Below the pieces are notes generated by a model. It did not search any database, was not told the DNA's origin, and was given only the letters and a program-made list of their open reading frames with translations. Shown piece after piece: positions 7,511-15,314 of a stretch of DNA of 64,000 nt. Every line of letters starts with the position of its first letter. The first letter of the stretch is position 1. Origin of the DNA: a virus; IMG/VR virus record IMGVR_UViG_3300045988_180454, positions 1-64,000 of that record, one strand, 5' to 3'. Made by a program: the position numbers and the translations under genes.

Positions 7511-7846
7511 ATGAACCAGAAGACAATTGGCTACGCCTATTTTAGGGCTTTAAAAGCACGATTCCGCAACCGCTACAAGAAGTACAAAAAGCAGCTACAA
7601 TACGGCAAATGCCACCGTCCAATTTCTCGATCGTACATTGAAGAACCGCTACTTACTTTGGAAGAGTATTTCCCCTTCTTCCCCCGGTTAGAAGGCGATA
7701 CGAACCCTCCGCAGAAGGATTACGCGGGCTTTGCTGACGGCATTGAGAAGATCGGTTTTCCACCCGGCTACAAAGAAGGCGAAGTGGTAGAGCGGATGCG
7801 GAAAGCAATGGACAGTTTACCTGCTTTTGAAAACAAACCTGAGTAA
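7511..7846 (+). CDS. hypothetical protein (111 aa)
   Basis: ATG preceded by AAAGGAAGAAG. Basic N-terminus. Confidence 0.7.
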   Translation: MNQKTIGYAYFRALKARFRNRYKKYKKQLQYGKCHRPISRSYIEEPLLTLEEYFPFFPRLEGDTNPPQKDYAGFADGIEKIGFPPGYKEGEVVERMRKAMDSLPAFENKPE

Positions 7847-7850
7847 TGCA

Positions 7851-8144
7851 ATGTCTCATTATAACAGCGGCTGGTGTTTACTAAGTACTCTAAAAGAAAT
7901 TGAGATGATAGAAGATTATTTCGCTCAGTTAAGGGTTTGTAAGCACCAGAAGAAAGCGATAAAGCTAGCTAAAGATATCTCAAGAATGAATAGCTTTCTT
8001 GGACATTGTTATCATTCTCACAATGCCAAGCCTCGGATTTGCGCTCACTGTGAGGAATTAGTTCGTAGCTATTCCCAAAACATTGAGTCAAGACTTGCCT
8101 GGTGGCATAAAGAACTGGAGTTGAAACCTTATGTCAGATTATGA
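7851..8144 (+). CDS. hypothetical Cys/His-containing protein (97 aa)
   Basis: ORF 7827..8144 trimmed to ATG 7851, just after the upstream stop. Confidence 0.6.
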   Translation: MSHYNSGWCLLSTLKEIEMIEDYFAQLRVCKHQKKAIKLAKDISRMNSFLGHCYHSHNAKPRICAHCEELVRSYSQNIESRLAWWHKELELKPYVRL

Positions 8145-8424
8145 TGAGTTTCTTGAAGAAGAGCTGGAGCGCCTTTTTAATCTTGCTATTTTACGGGCTG
8201 AAGATGCTTGTTATCAAGACGATCAAATTCTCTCCCCCTTATCCGTAGGGCTTTTAATGTTAAGCCTTCTAGTAGAGAGAAGGGACAACGCCGAAAAACA
8301 CATGAAAAAGCCTTACCTTTCTGATAAGAAGCTTGTTCGTATGCTAGAAGAAGCACGACATTCAATTGACACTGCCCTGAGTACACATATCAAAAACCGA
8401 AAGGAAGCTGAAGGCAATGTGTAA
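8131..8424 (+). CDS. hypothetical protein (97 aa), paralog of 8943..9245
   Basis: The C-terminal KKPYLSDKKLVRMLEEARHSIDTAL aligns with SKPLLSNSETVRLIEEVRFAFNLVI of the other copy. Confidence 0.65.
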   Translation: MSDYDEFLEEELERLFNLAILRAEDACYQDDQILSPLSVGLLMLSLLVERRDNAEKHMKKPYLSDKKLVRMLEEARHSIDTALSTHIKNRKEAEGNV

Positions 8425-8950
8425 CCATGGGTTCCTTGAAGAAGATAACGAACCCCAAGAACTGCTAACTATGCGTCGCATCAGGAAATTCATAAATAAG
8501 CAGTTTCGTGAGACCGAGCAAATGCTGCAAGATACTCAAAAAGAGTTTTTAAAAGAAAATCATATTGACTCCTATTCTGAGCTCCCTTTGGATTGGGCAG
8601 TAGATATCCTTGAGCGGATCGGCGATGAGTTTTCTTTGTCTATTAAAGATTTCATCCGTGATCTAGAACTAGAAGAAGAGGAGGCAATAATGAAAACGCC
8701 AACTGTTAGTCTTGAGTCGGTAAAGTCATTTTTTAGTACAACCCAATTTCAGGTAAATCACCAAGTTGGGAAATTGGGTTTGGATCTGGTGGAAGACGGT
8801 CGCTATCCCAATGGGGAAATCCCTGTGGATTGGTTTACTAACTTCATGACACGAATCAAAGGAGATTTCAGCAAGGCCGTGGATGATTTTGTTGCTGATA
8901 TGTGCGCTCAAGCCGAGAAGGAGAAAAAGAAGGGATCAGAAAATGCCTAA
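8417..8950 (+). CDS. acidic hypothetical protein with an internal ~30-aa duplication
   Basis: ELPLDWAVDILERIGDEFSLSIKDFIRDL is repeated as EIPVDWFTNFMTRIKGDFSKAVDDFVADM. Confidence 0.7.
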   Translation: MCNHGFLEEDNEPQELLTMRRIRKFINKQFRETEQMLQDTQKEFLKENHIDSYSELPLDWAVDILERIGDEFSLSIKDFIRDLELEEEEAIMKTPTVSLESVKSFFSTTQFQVNHQVGKLGLDLVEDGRYPNGEIPVDWFTNFMTRIKGDFSKAVDDFVADMCAQAEKEKKKGSENA

Positions 8951-9245
8951 AACAATAATTGAACTCTGTACAGATACCATGAGAAGAAGTTTTGCTGCTG
9001 CCTTGGCTCAAACGAGATTAAATAATTCGCCAAAGTCTCAAATTTTTAGTCTGCTTGGTGGCGGAATCTCTTCTTTACAGCGATTGTTATATAACGATGA
9101 AGATAGCATCAAAGAAAACAGCAAGCCGTTATTGTCAAACAGTGAAACAGTTCGTCTGATTGAAGAGGTTCGTTTCGCCTTTAACCTGGTGATTGACGGA
9201 CAGCTGGAATTACTCAGGGATGAGAGAGAAGGGGAGGAATTATGA
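8943..9245 (+). CDS. hypothetical protein (100 aa), paralog of 8131..8424
   Basis: ORF 8883..9245 trimmed to ATG 8943, which overlaps the upstream stop by 8 nt. Confidence 0.6.
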   Translation: MPKTIIELCTDTMRRSFAAALAQTRLNNSPKSQIFSLLGGGISSLQRLLYNDEDSIKENSKPLLSNSETVRLIEEVRFAFNLVIDGQLELLRDEREGEEL

Positions 9246-9787
9246 GTGACCAAGAAGAATGGTTAGGTGAATCAGCTGAATACTGGAAGCAGCATGCTGA
9301 CAGCGCTCGGCATATGATGAGTTTGGTTGCAAGTCTTGAAAATTTGTTCTCATGTCGCTTCTCGCTCACCAGTGGTGGTGACTACTCTGACTTGTCCTCA
9401 GCTTTAGAAAAAAGTGTTTTCAATGAACTGGGGGACATAAATATCCGAGGCATGCGAGAATATATTGATGCTATAAAGCCAAAGCTTCGTATGACAAGTA
9501 ATTGCCATCATGACGAAAATAAAGAACCTGTGCCTCAAGCCTGCGTGTATCAGTGGCGACTGTCTGATTACATCGAGGTAACAGAGCATATGATTGCGGC
9601 TTCTCGTTTATTTTTGAAGCTAGAGGATCCTATGCTCTTTGGCCGCAAAGATATTATGGATAAGATCAATGAATACCTGGAAGTAATTGAGAAGTTCAAT
9701 TGTCTTCCTGCTTTTGAATACACCGATAAGTTTGCTAGAAGAGCAAGGATCAAACTAAAGGACATGGGATATAAGGAGGTAAAATGA
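9242..9787 (+). CDS. hypothetical protein (181 aa)
   Basis: ATGA overlap with the upstream gene. Coherent ORF. Confidence 0.7.
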   Translation: MSDQEEWLGESAEYWKQHADSARHMMSLVASLENLFSCRFSLTSGGDYSDLSSALEKSVFNELGDINIRGMREYIDAIKPKLRMTSNCHHDENKEPVPQACVYQWRLSDYIEVTEHMIAASRLFLKLEDPMLFGRKDIMDKINEYLEVIEKFNCLPAFEYTDKFARRARIKLKDMGYKEVK

Positions 9788-10257
9788 TTCTCGACATGAC
9801 CTGTGGTGGGAAAAGCACCTGGTTTAATAAGCACCCAGAAGATACGGTGTTCCTAGATAAAAGAGTGGAGAAGCTTACTCTTTGTGATAATCGAGAAATC
9901 GAAGTAAGGCCTGACGTTCAAGCGGATTTTTGTCAACTTCCCTTCGCCGACAATAGTTTTCATCTCGTGCTATTTGATCCGCCTCATCTAGAACGCCTAG
10001 GCGACACAAGCTGGATGTATGCAAAGTATGGAGCGCTTCTTCCTGATTGGAGAGACGTGCTAACTCAGGGCTTCTCGGAAGCGTTTCGGGTGCTCAAACC
10101 AAGCTGCGCTTTGGTGTTTAAGTGGAATGAGATTCAGATTCCAGTAAAAGAAATCACGGCCTTATCACCTTATCCACCCATGTTTGGTCACAGAAGTGGT
10201 AAGGTAAGTAAAACGCATTGGCTGACTTTTGTAAAACCGGGAACCCTAGATGAATAA
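9784..10257 (+). CDS. small SAM-dependent DNA methyltransferase (N6-A/N4-C type)
   Basis: LDMTCGG fits motif I and LFDPPH fits the DPPY-type motif IV. ATGA overlap with the upstream gene. Confidence 0.6.
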   Translation: MILDMTCGGKSTWFNKHPEDTVFLDKRVEKLTLCDNREIEVRPDVQADFCQLPFADNSFHLVLFDPPHLERLGDTSWMYAKYGALLPDWRDVLTQGFSEAFRVLKPSCALVFKWNEIQIPVKEITALSPYPPMFGHRSGKVSKTHWLTFVKPGTLDE

Positions 10258-10870
10258 CGAACAATACGAAGAGTTTATGAAGCTAGCTCAAGAGCAGAAA
10301 CAGATTGCAAAAGATCTAGCTCAAACAGCGGAGGAGCTGGATTCCTATATGTCGTATTACCGTGCCACCGGCGTAGGCAAAGGCTTTGCGGGAATGTTCT
10401 ACTCTGACGCAGAAAAAAGCCGTCTCTCTACTCTAGGCAGTTATTTTTCTGAGGAGATTGATAAGCTTCATCAAGCGATCAAGGAAATGAACGATGCTTA
10501 CTTGAAAATTCGCCTGGATATTCCCGAGCTGCACCAATCAGAATTGAAATCTTTGAGGGCAAAGGCACTCACTCTTCAGAAAGAAATTGCGTCCCAAGAA
10601 GCCTTACTGAAATTGGATGCAAGAAAGCGAAATTCCCAGGTAACGTTTAGCGTAATGTTTTTTGTTTGGCTTGGCGTTATTGGTTGGTACTTGGGATCCG
10701 TGATTATGTGCTTGATTGTCGCTAGCCTATTTCTGTTATACGGGTCTTGGGTAGCGTCACTCATTTTCTCTCCTGCTTTACAACAACAGCACAAAGAGTT
10801 AGAGGCAAATAAGGCAGAATTACAAGACAATGCTGCACGACAAGCAGAGCTGAGTTTGGAGATGTACTAA
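10250..10870 (+). CDS. coiled-coil / TM-hairpin / coiled-coil membrane protein (206 aa)
   Basis: Long heptad-like N-terminus, then hydrophobic VTFSVMFFVWLGVIGWYLGSVIMCLIVASLFLLYGSWVASLIF, then a charged C-terminal helix. Confidence 0.7.
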   Translation: MNNEQYEEFMKLAQEQKQIAKDLAQTAEELDSYMSYYRATGVGKGFAGMFYSDAEKSRLSTLGSYFSEEIDKLHQAIKEMNDAYLKIRLDIPELHQSELKSLRAKALTLQKEIASQEALLKLDARKRNSQVTFSVMFFVWLGVIGWYLGSVIMCLIVASLFLLYGSWVASLIFSPALQQQHKELEANKAELQDNAARQAELSLEMY

Positions 10871-11211
10871 TGTTATCGCCTGAGCTCAACGCAATGTTAA
10901 CTAAAAAGAGCGATATTGAAGAACGGATCATTGCCCTTAAAGCTGAGCGCAAAGCGATTATTGGTTACTATATTCTTTGGACAGGTTTATGTATTCCTGT
11001 ATTGGGTGTCTCGTGGTTGTTTACTGTAGTCTTGGGACATACCGGAATTATTCTCCTTGGAATAGTTTGCTGCACAGTTTGGATATTAATGGTTTATGTT
11101 GGATCTGACGAGGTTCATAGAGAACTTTTTGATAACATCGAGGCAATGAGCAAGAACAAGGGCTTACTCAAGAAAGTAGAGAATCAAATTGAGGATTGGG
11201 TGACGAGATAG
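10870..11211 (+). CDS. coiled-coil / TM membrane protein (113 aa)
   Basis: TAATG overlap with the upstream gene. Hydrophobic core YYILWTGLCIPVLGVSWLFTVVLGHTGIILLGIVCCTVWILMVYV is flanked by charged helices. Confidence 0.7.
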   Translation: MLSPELNAMLTKKSDIEERIIALKAERKAIIGYYILWTGLCIPVLGVSWLFTVVLGHTGIILLGIVCCTVWILMVYVGSDEVHRELFDNIEAMSKNKGLLKKVENQIEDWVTR

Positions 11212-11212
11212 G

Positions 11213-11899
11213 ATGAGTGAAGAAGAAAAACAAGTCGAGGCCCAACTCTTAACTCAGCTTCGCATACTCACAAGCAATCTCGAAACTGTATCTGACAAAG
11301 CAGATTATCTTGCAGAAAATCAAATTTCTTATGCAGATTTTGTTCATTCTGCTAGTTATTGGCCTATGGATTATCGTAGGTTAGCAAATCTAGAAGATTA
11401 TCGTCGGGAAATTACATTAACTGGCAAGTCGGCGGAAGCCGCGTTAGATCGAATATCTTCTATTGTTTATCAGACCAGAGGCATCATGTCGAATTTAAAG
11501 GAAGTTGTCGATAAACTTCCTGGGGTACAAAAAAGAAAGGAAAACCTGGAACGTATGAAGGAGACGAAAGAGCTAGATGAACGAGAGTTAGAGCTGAAGA
11601 AAGCCATTGTCTCAAAGCAGTCCGAAATAGAGAGAACACAGAAAGGGATGAAAAGGATCCTGGGTTTCTCTTTTGTTACAATCCCCGTTTTTACCGCTGT
11701 CGGAATCCTTTTTCCTGCGGTGTGGGTGTTGTGCGTCACAACTATTTTTGTGGGGATTATCACACTGTTTCTTGCCTTTGTTATGCTCTCGGGTCTCGCA
11801 AAAGACGGTATAATAGATACCGGAAAGCTAGAAAAAGATAAAGTAGAGCTAGATTGGGTGCAAACCAAAAAAGCTCAGTTGTTTTTGGAGTCAAACTAA
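11213..11899 (+). CDS. coiled-coil / TM membrane protein (228 aa)
   Basis: About 150 aa of charged helical N-terminus, then FSFVTIPVFTAVGILFPAVWVLCVTTIFVGIITLFLAFVMLSGL. Confidence 0.7.
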   Translation: MSEEEKQVEAQLLTQLRILTSNLETVSDKADYLAENQISYADFVHSASYWPMDYRRLANLEDYRREITLTGKSAEAALDRISSIVYQTRGIMSNLKEVVDKLPGVQKRKENLERMKETKELDERELELKKAIVSKQSEIERTQKGMKRILGFSFVTIPVFTAVGILFPAVWVLCVTTIFVGIITLFLAFVMLSGLAKDGIIDTGKLEKDKVELDWVQTKKAQLFLESN

Positions 11900-12246
11900 T
11901 GAAAAACACTGAACAAGAGCTCTTTCAGTTAGAGGAAGAAGCGATAAAGCTTCGGACGGCAATTGAAAACAAAAATCTTGAACTCAAAGACCTGAAAAAG
12001 AAAACTGTATATGCAGCAGTATTCTATGCAGTAATCACCGCTGTTTGTTTTAATTCCGCTTGGCACCAGACCTCAGATCTCAAAGCAGCGGGGCTTATCG
12101 CTTGCGGGATGCTGTTTCTTGGTATGTTCGGCACATGCCTTACCGACCGGAAAGACGAACTTAGCCTCAAGAAAGGAATCAATCACATTGAGGCAAAGCT
12201 AGAGCAAAACCAAAAGAAGCAAGCTGACTTGCTGTTGGGACTGTAA
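11899..12246 (+). CDS. coiled-coil / TM membrane protein (115 aa)
   Basis: ORF 11854..12246 trimmed to ATG 11899 (TAATG overlap). Two hydrophobic segments lie between charged helices. Confidence 0.65.
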   Translation: MKNTEQELFQLEEEAIKLRTAIENKNLELKDLKKKTVYAAVFYAVITAVCFNSAWHQTSDLKAAGLIACGMLFLGMFGTCLTDRKDELSLKKGINHIEAKLEQNQKKQADLLLGL

Positions 12247-12248
12247 AA

Positions 12249-12401
12249 ATGATTTTAACCATTATCAACATTGCAATGTTATGTGTCGCCTGTACCTTGT
12301 CCTTCCTGTCGGCGAAGACCCTTCGGGAAACATCTTATGTTAATAGACGAATAGCTGAGCTAGAAAGGCTCAAGAAAGCTTTGGAGGCGAAAGGTGAGTG
12401 A
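12249..12401 (+). CDS. small TM + coiled-coil protein (50 aa; below the ORF-track cutoff)
   Basis: Read by hand: MILTIINIAMLCVACTLSFLSAKTLRETSYVNRRIAELERLKKALEAKGE. It starts 2 nt after the upstream stop. Confidence 0.5.
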   Translation: MILTIINIAMLCVACTLSFLSAKTLRETSYVNRRIAELERLKKALEAKGE

Positions 12402-12585
12402 TACCTTATCCACTGTGATTTTCGCCTCCCTTGCAGGTCTATTTGTTGTCAATTACTACGTCGCTAAAAAGGATTATCAGAAAAGTGTTCAAAAAGATCA
12501 AGAAATGGTGCAAGAATTACTACGATGCATTCGTGAGTTTGATTCGTCACATCACCAAGCGGGAAACCCCGAAGCATCTTCCTGA
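12394..12585 (+). CDS. small single-TM protein (63 aa)
   Basis: GTG start overlapping the upstream stop. Hydrophobic segment TVIFASLAGLFVVNYYV. Confidence 0.55.
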   Translation: MSDTLSTVIFASLAGLFVVNYYVAKKDYQKSVQKDQEMVQELLRCIREFDSSHHQAGNPEASS

Positions 12586-12630
12586 GTTCCCAGTAGAAAA
12601 GTGGCTTGCGTTACAATCCGCTCAAGTTGC

Positions 12631-12660
12631 TTGACAACGATGATCTAGAAACCTTACAAT
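12631..12660 (+). promoter_or_regulatory. strong sigma-70/sigma-A type promoter (TTGACA-18-TACAAT)
   Basis: Perfect -35 TTGACA at 12631-12636, an 18-nt spacer, and -10 TACAAT at 12655-12660. No ORF follows. Confidence 0.6.
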
Positions 12661-12666
12661 GAAATC

Positions 12667-12847
12667 ATCTTCTTAACGAAGAGCCCTGGTAGGTTTACAC
12701 GCTACTATCTCCTTTTCACCTATTTTTGCGTTTGGAGTTCAATTCTCCAACAGGGCACGGGTTCAACTCCCCTCGCAGTACAAAATGGCGTTTCTGTGTA
12801 TGTGAACTGAGGTTCAACAAACCCCCGGTAACCCCGGGGGTTTTGTG
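12667..12847 (+). ncRNA. candidate ~180-nt non-coding RNA with a tRNA-like acceptor/T-arm module
   Basis: Bounded by the promoter above and the terminator at 12822-12847, with no ORF over 7 codons. GCCCTG (12683-12688) pairs with CAGGGC (12751-12756). This stem encloses a GTAG-N9-CTAC hairpin and a perfect T-arm-like hairpin TTGGAG-TTCAATT-CTCCAA (12732-12750). A second GGG-TTCAACT-CCC element follows. Confidence 0.45.
12822..12847 (+). terminator. rho-independent terminator
   Basis: CCCCCGG-TAACC-CCGGGGG followed by TTTTGTG. Confidence 0.8.
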
Positions 12848-12861
12848 TTACCATAATCACT

Positions 12862-13098
12862 ATGACTGAAACCAATCCAGAAATGGAAAAAGCACTAGCT
12901 GACGTGCTAAAATTTGTTGATGAGAACACCAAAACCAGTGAGAAGAAACCGTTCTGGCCTGGTGTTATTTTTGCCTTTGTGCTTGTTGCCGTAGGCTATT
13001 TGACGTTTGAATCGTGGTTTGCAATGGGACAATATGTCCTAGCGTCCATGGTTCTTTTGCTCTCTATGGCGCCACTTTTGGTCACAGAAAAGGAATAA
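12862..13098 (+). CDS. small two-TM membrane protein (78 aa)
   Basis: Hydrophobic FWPGVIFAFVLVAVGYLTF and YVLASMVLLLSMAPLLV. There is no SD. CATAAT ends 5 nt before the ATG, so the mRNA may be leaderless. Confidence 0.6.
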   Translation: MTETNPEMEKALADVLKFVDENTKTSEKKPFWPGVIFAFVLVAVGYLTFESWFAMGQYVLASMVLLLSMAPLLVTEKE

Positions 13099-13099
13099 C

Positions 13100-15244
13100 A
13101 TGAAAGAGTATCTTCAACTCAATTCCCAGCTCAATTTGATTGGGTCAGATGGCAAACCGCAGTTCGAGAAAGACAAAAATGCGCTAGAAAACTATATTGA
13201 GACTGAAGTAAAGCCTCGGGACTACTTCTTGGCTCACGGAATGAACTTGAAGGAGAAGTACGACTATCTCAATGAGAATATGTACATTGATAGCGGGGTG
13301 GTATGTAAGTACGGCTCTCAATTTTTCTTTAATTTAGTTACCGAGATTGAAGAAAAGATCGGTCAGTTCGGGTTCTTTGAAACATTCATGTCAGCCTATA
13401 AATTCTATCAGCAATACGCCTTGAAGAGCCGGGACGGCAAATGGTTCTTGGAAAACATTTGTGACCGGATTGTGCTCACCGCAGTGAGCTATTCCAGTAG
13501 TGAAGGTCATGCTAAAGATATGGCTCACTATATGGCTCAGAAGCGCTTTCAGCCTGCCACACCTACCTTCCTGAACGCTGGTCGTGTAGCAGGTGGAGAA
13601 GCGGTGTCGTGCTATCTTTTGCGAGTAGAAGACAACATGGAGTCAATCGGCGCCTCTATCACCAACTCCCTTCAGCTTTCAAAACGCGGAGGTGGGGTCG
13701 CCTTGTTGCTTACCAATCTTCGTGAGGCAGGAGCACCTATCCAAGAGATCGAGAACCGGTCTTCCGGCGTCATTCCGGTCATGAAGCTACTAGAAGATGC
13801 TTTTTCCTACGCCAACCAGCTTGGCGCTCGCCAAGGCGCAGGCGCGGTATATCTCAACGCACACCACCCGGATATCCTAAAGTTCCTAGACACCAAGCGG
13901 GAAAACGCGGATGAGAAGATCCGAATCAAAACCTTGTCACTCGGCGTAGTGATTCCTGATATCACCTTTGAACTAGCCCAGCGGAACGAAGACATGTACC
14001 TGTTCAGTCCGTATGACATCTACAATGTTACGGGTCAGCCACTAAGTGATTTGTCAGTGACGGAACACTATTACGAGTGGGTAGAAAATTCCGACATCAA
14101 GAAGACGAAGATTAGTGCTCGGCGACTTTTCCAAACCCTAGCAGAAATTCAGTTTGAGTCCGGCTATCCGTATATCCTGTTTGAAGACACTGCCAATAAG
14201 TACAATTGGTATCCAGAGCAGGGACGGATTAATATGTCGAACTTGTGCTCTGAAATTCTTCAGGTAAATTCGGCCTCCTCCTTTTTTGATAATGGCGACC
14301 CCAGCTATACAGGTATGGATATCGCTTGTAACCTTGGGTCATTCAACGTTGCAAAAATGATGGAATGCGAGAGTTTCAAGGACTTTCATCAGACAGTAAT
14401 GGCTGCGGTCAAGTTCCTCACTAATGTTTCGGAATCTGTCTCCACTAATCATGATTTCCCGGTACGAAGCATTCGCAACGGTGCCGCTCTTACTTGCTCT
14501 ATTGGCCTAGGTCAAATGAATCTCCATGGGTATCTTATTACCCAGAATATCGAGTACGGTTCTCCAGAAGCAGTAGACTTTTTCCGCCGATACATGGCGC
14601 TTATTGCTTATTGTGCGGAATCTGCATCCATGGAGACGGCTAAGCTGACAGGTAAAGTAGCTTCCCGAGCGGATCAGTGGCAATATATCGAAAAAATAAG
14701 GTTCTATAAGCGAGAAGCATCAAAGCTTCCTCAAGTGGGACAAGGCACGCCTGAGTGGTTTAAAGAAGATGTAGCTGGTCGATTTGAAGAGTTGTTCTAT
14801 CAGGTTAAAGGCAGTCTGTCTGATAATCCGGTAACCAATATGTACCTGCAAGCGATCCCACCGACTGGTTCGATTTCCTATCTCACAAACGCCACCCCTG
14901 GTATCCAGCCAGCGACAGACGTCATCGAGACGCGCAAGGAAGGCAAGACAGGCCGCACCTACGTTCCAACATACGGGGTAAATAAAGACAACTACCAATC
15001 AATTACCACTGCCTACAACCTTGACCAACAGCGAGTAATCGACATGTATGCAGCAGCAACTCCTTGGGTTGACCAGGGGATTTCCGCTGTTCTGTTTTAC
15101 CCCAACACAGCCACTACCCGTGACGTGGTGAAGAACTATATTTATGCTCACAAGCAGGGACTAAAGACCTTATATTACATGCGAGTGCGCCAACAAGCGC
15201 TTCCCGGTACTGAGGTAGCGGAATGCGTAAGCTGTGTTTTATAA
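13100..15244 (+). CDS. nrdE: class Ib ribonucleotide reductase alpha subunit
   Basis: 714 aa with an NrdE-like N-terminus (LNSQLNL...GKPQFEKDK). Catalytic NLCSEI motif, a C-terminal YY pair (LKTLYYMR) and a terminal CxxC (CVSCVL). Confidence 0.93.
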   Translation: MKEYLQLNSQLNLIGSDGKPQFEKDKNALENYIETEVKPRDYFLAHGMNLKEKYDYLNENMYIDSGVVCKYGSQFFFNLVTEIEEKIGQFGFFETFMSAYKFYQQYALKSRDGKWFLENICDRIVLTAVSYSSSEGHAKDMAHYMAQKRFQPATPTFLNAGRVAGGEAVSCYLLRVEDNMESIGASITNSLQLSKRGGGVALLLTNLREAGAPIQEIENRSSGVIPVMKLLEDAFSYANQLGARQGAGAVYLNAHHPDILKFLDTKRENADEKIRIKTLSLGVVIPDITFELAQRNEDMYLFSPYDIYNVTGQPLSDLSVTEHYYEWVENSDIKKTKISARRLFQTLAEIQFESGYPYILFEDTANKYNWYPEQGRINMSNLCSEILQVNSASSFFDNGDPSYTGMDIACNLGSFNVAKMMECESFKDFHQTVMAAVKFLTNVSESVSTNHDFPVRSIRNGAALTCSIGLGQMNLHGYLITQNIEYGSPEAVDFFRRYMALIAYCAESASMETAKLTGKVASRADQWQYIEKIRFYKREASKLPQVGQGTPEWFKEDVAGRFEELFYQVKGSLSDNPVTNMYLQAIPPTGSISYLTNATPGIQPATDVIETRKEGKTGRTYVPTYGVNKDNYQSITTAYNLDQQRVIDMYAAATPWVDQGISAVLFYPNTATTRDVVKNYIYAHKQGLKTLYYMRVRQQALPGTEVAECVSCVL

Positions 15245-15253
15245 CACAATAAG

Positions 15254-15281
15254 TTGTCTAGCCCCCTAGGGTTTGTATAAT
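15254..15281 (+). promoter_or_regulatory. candidate promoter (TTGTCT-16-TATAAT) between nrdE and the inserted ORF
   Basis: -35 at 15254-15259 and -10 at 15276-15281. Followed by GGGGG and the leader CATACATACACACAGAAAGGAAG. Confidence 0.45.
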
Positions 15282-15314
15282 GGGGGCATACATACACACA
15301 GAAAGGAAGAGGAG

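Noticed and set aside
12683-12757. A 75-nt segment of tRNA size: 6/7-bp acceptor pairing, U at position 8, and a perfect T-arm (TGGAG-TTCAATT-CTCCA).
   Set aside because: I found no D-stem at the canonical position and no anticodon stem-loop in any register. It is therefore not called as a tRNA gene. It is kept only as a tRNA-like part of the candidate ncRNA.
12757-12781. A second T-loop-like element GGG-TTCAACT-CCC with a possible acceptor 3' strand CGCAGTA.
   Set aside because: The T-stem has a C-C mismatch. The required 5' acceptor strand (TACTGCG) is absent upstream. No cloverleaf can be built.
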